NCBI GenBank assembly: GCA_977862235.1 | Contig: OZ374558.1 | Coordinates: 1,178,001-1,242,000 of the forward strand | From: Dudresnaya verticillata | Lineage: Eukaryota | Length of the DNA: 64,000 nt | Direction of reading: 5' to 3' | Shown: positions 61,401-64,000 of the stretch, in pieces | How positions within the stretch are numbered: position 1 is the stretch's first letter | Layout: each line of letters opens with the position of its first letter | Notes under the pieces: generated by a model | Databases searched by the model: none | What the model saw: only the letters and a program-made list of their open reading frames with translations | What the model was told of the DNA's origin: nothing | Translations under genes and position numbers: made by a program

Positions 61401-64000
61401 ACGTCAAATTGCCATGTCATGGTCCTTTCCAAATCCCAAACCACCTGCAAGATATTGTGTTCCCAGAAAATGTGCGACGGCCAAACATCCATTTCGCAAG
61501 GAGAGTGCAATAAGACTTCTCCCGCGACGTCTGTCAGTAGGGACAGTCACATCTGGAATCGATGGAATCTCTCAAAGCCTGAAACTGGAAAAACCATGAG
61601 CGGCTTTAGTTCCTTGCTCATACACGTCGCAGGCTACAGGGACATCCTGCACGACGCCGTATATATTTTGTTCCGGAAAAGTCCCAGTATGAACGCAGAG
61701 AGCATGACGTTGCGCTCAGTGTAGTACTCAAACGCATATGGGTTTTATTTTGGCCTCAGGGATTCCATTTGATACTCTCCAGCATGGGATAGCTCTTCCA
61801 TGGTGCGCTGGAAAGCGTCTTCGCTGGTGGTGCGAAGTTCGCATGTTTCCAGTCTTTCGGCCAATCTCCTCATACTGATAACGTCAAATTGCCATGTCAT
61901 GGTCCTTTGCAAATCCCAAAACACCTGTAAGATACTGTGTTCCCAGAAAATGTGCGACGGGCAAACATCCATTTTGCAAGGAGAGTGCAATAAGACTTCT
62001 CCCGCGACGTCTGTCAGTAGGGGCAGTCACATCTGGATTCGATGGAATCTCTCAAAGCCTGAAACTGGAAAACGCATGAGCGGCTTTAGTTCCTTGCTCA
62101 TACACGTCGCAGGCTACAGGGACATCCTGCACGACGCCGTATATATTTTGTTCCGGAAAAGTCCCAGTATGAACGCAGAGAGCATGACGTTGCGCTCAGT
62201 GTAGTACTCAAACGCATATGGGTTTTATTTTGGCCTCAGGGATTCCATTTGATACTCTCCAGCATGGGATAGCTCTTCCATGGTGCGCTGGAAAGCGTCT
62301 TCGCTGGTGGTGCGAAGTTCGCATGTTTCCAGTCTTTCGGCCAATCTCCTCATACTGATAACGTCAAATTGCCATGTCATGGTCCTTTGCAAATCCCAAA
62401 CCACCTGCAAGATACTGTGTTCCCAGAAAATGTGCGACGGCCAAACATCCATTTCGCAAGGAGAGTGCAATAAGACTTCTCCCGCGACGTCTGTCAGTAG
62501 GGACAGTCACATCTGGAATCGATGGAATCTCTCAAAGCCTGAAACTGGAAAAACCATGAGCGGCTTTAGTTCCTTGCTCATACACGTCGCAGGCTACAGG
62601 GACATCCTGCACGACGCCGTATATATTTTGTTCTGGAGAAGTGCCAGCATGAACGCAGAGAGCATGATGTTGCGCTCAGTGTAGTACTCAAGCGCATATG
62701 GGTTTTCTTTTGGCCTCAGGGATTCCATTTGATACTCTCCAGCATGGGATAGCTCTTCCATGGTGCGCTGGAAAGCGTCTTCGCTGGTGGTGCGAAGTTC
62801 GCATGTTTCCAGTCTTTCGGCCAATCTCCTCATACTGATAACGTCAAATTGCCATGTCATGGTCCTTTGCAAATCCCAAACCACCTGCAAGATACTGTGT
62901 TCCCAGAAAATGTGCGACGGGCAAACATCCATTTTGCAAGGAGAGTGCAATAAGACTTCTCCCGCGACGTCTGTCAGTAGGGAAAGTCACATCTGGATTC
63001 GATGGAATCTCTCCAAGCATGAAACTGGAAAACGCATGAGCGGCGTAAGGTCCTTGCTCATACAGTTCGCAGGCTACAGGGACATCCTGCACGACGCCGT
63101 ATATATTTTGTTCAGGAAAAGTGCCAGCATGAACGCAGAGAGCATGACGTTGCGCTCAGTGTAGTACTCAAACGCATATGGGTTTTATTTTGGCCTCAGG
63201 GATTCCATTTGATACTCTCCAGCATGGGATAGCTCTTCCATGGTGCGCTGGAAAGCGTCTTCGCTGGTGGTGCGAAGTTCGCATGTTTCCAGTCTTTCGG
63301 CCAATCTCCTCATACTGAAAACGTCAAATTGCCATGTCATGGTCCTTTGCAAATCCCAAAACACCTGTAAGATACTGTGTTCCCAGAAAATGTGCGACGG
63401 GCAAACATCCATTTTGCAAGGAGAGTGCAATAAGACTTCTCCCGCGACGTCTGTCAGTAGGGAAAGTCACATCTGGATTCGATGGAATCTCTCCAAGCAT
63501 GAAACTGGAAAACGCATGAGCGGCGTAAGGTCCTTGCTCATACAGGTCGCAGGCTACAGGGACATCCTGCACGAAGCCGTATATATTTTGTTCTGGAAAA
63601 GTCCCAGTATGAACGCAGAGAGCATGACGTTGCGCTCAGTGTAGTACTCAAGCGCATATGGGTTTTATTTTGGCCTCAGGGATTGCATTTGATACTCTCC
63701 AGCATGGGATAGCTCTTCCATGGTGCGCTGGAAAGCGTCTTCGCTGGTGGTGCGAAGTTCGCATGTTTCCAGTCTTTCGGCCAATCTCCTCATACTGATA
63801 ACGTCAAATTGCCATGTCATGGTCCTTTGCAAATCCCAAAACACCTGTAAGATACTGTGTTCCCAGAAAATGTGCGACGGGCAAACATCCATTTTGCAAG
63901 GAGAGTGCAATAAGACTTCTCCCGCGACGTCTGTCAGTAGGGAAAGTCACATCTGGATTCGATGGAATCTCTCCAAGCATGAAACTGGAAAACGCATGAG
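58449..64000. repeat. 480-bp tandem array (~11.5 units, two of them 477 bp), open at the window end
   Basis: atggtgcgctggaaagcg recurs at 58926, 59406, 59886, 60363, 60843, 61323, 61800, 62280, 62760, 63240 and 63720. Confidence 0.98.

Noticed and set aside
58926..63644. Repeated plus-strand 134-aa ORFs (MVRWKASS...) as a gene family
   Set aside because: No domain motif; they are antisense to the protease-like frame and recur only because the DNA is repeated
58449..64000. CRISPR array, 5S rDNA or tRNA array
   Set aside because: No repeat-spacer structure and no recognisable RNA gene motifs

Overview
Eukaryotic genomic DNA. Intron-less genes plus chromovirus, copia, DIRS and Harbinger elements suggest a red alga or similar; this is an impression, not a database result. 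The first ~11.5 kb holds three host-like genes (a secreted Cu/Zn SOD, a secreted GH71/GH99-like hydrolase and a divergent bromodomain-like protein) and a LINE RT fragment. From ~12.2 kb onward the window is a nested, mostly decayed transposon cluster. It contains: a near-complete Ty3/gypsy chromovirus with a ~734-codon antisense extra ORF; a second chromovirus plus an inverted partial sister copy; a DIRS-type element (RT/RH/methyltransferase-like/start of tyrosine recombinase); several solo LTRs; two Ty1/copia remnants; a chimeric PIF/Harbinger; and a Mutator-like region with a FAR1/WRKY-type zinc finger and a Ulp1-like protease remnant. Part of that protease has been amplified into a 480-bp tandem array with higher-order structure running to the window end. 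Best leads: the antisense ORF, a recurring SUMO-pathway theme (SIM-like motifs plus Ulp1), a shared tRNA-Tyr-like primer site, and the protease-derived satellite. All family calls come from motif recognition by eye.
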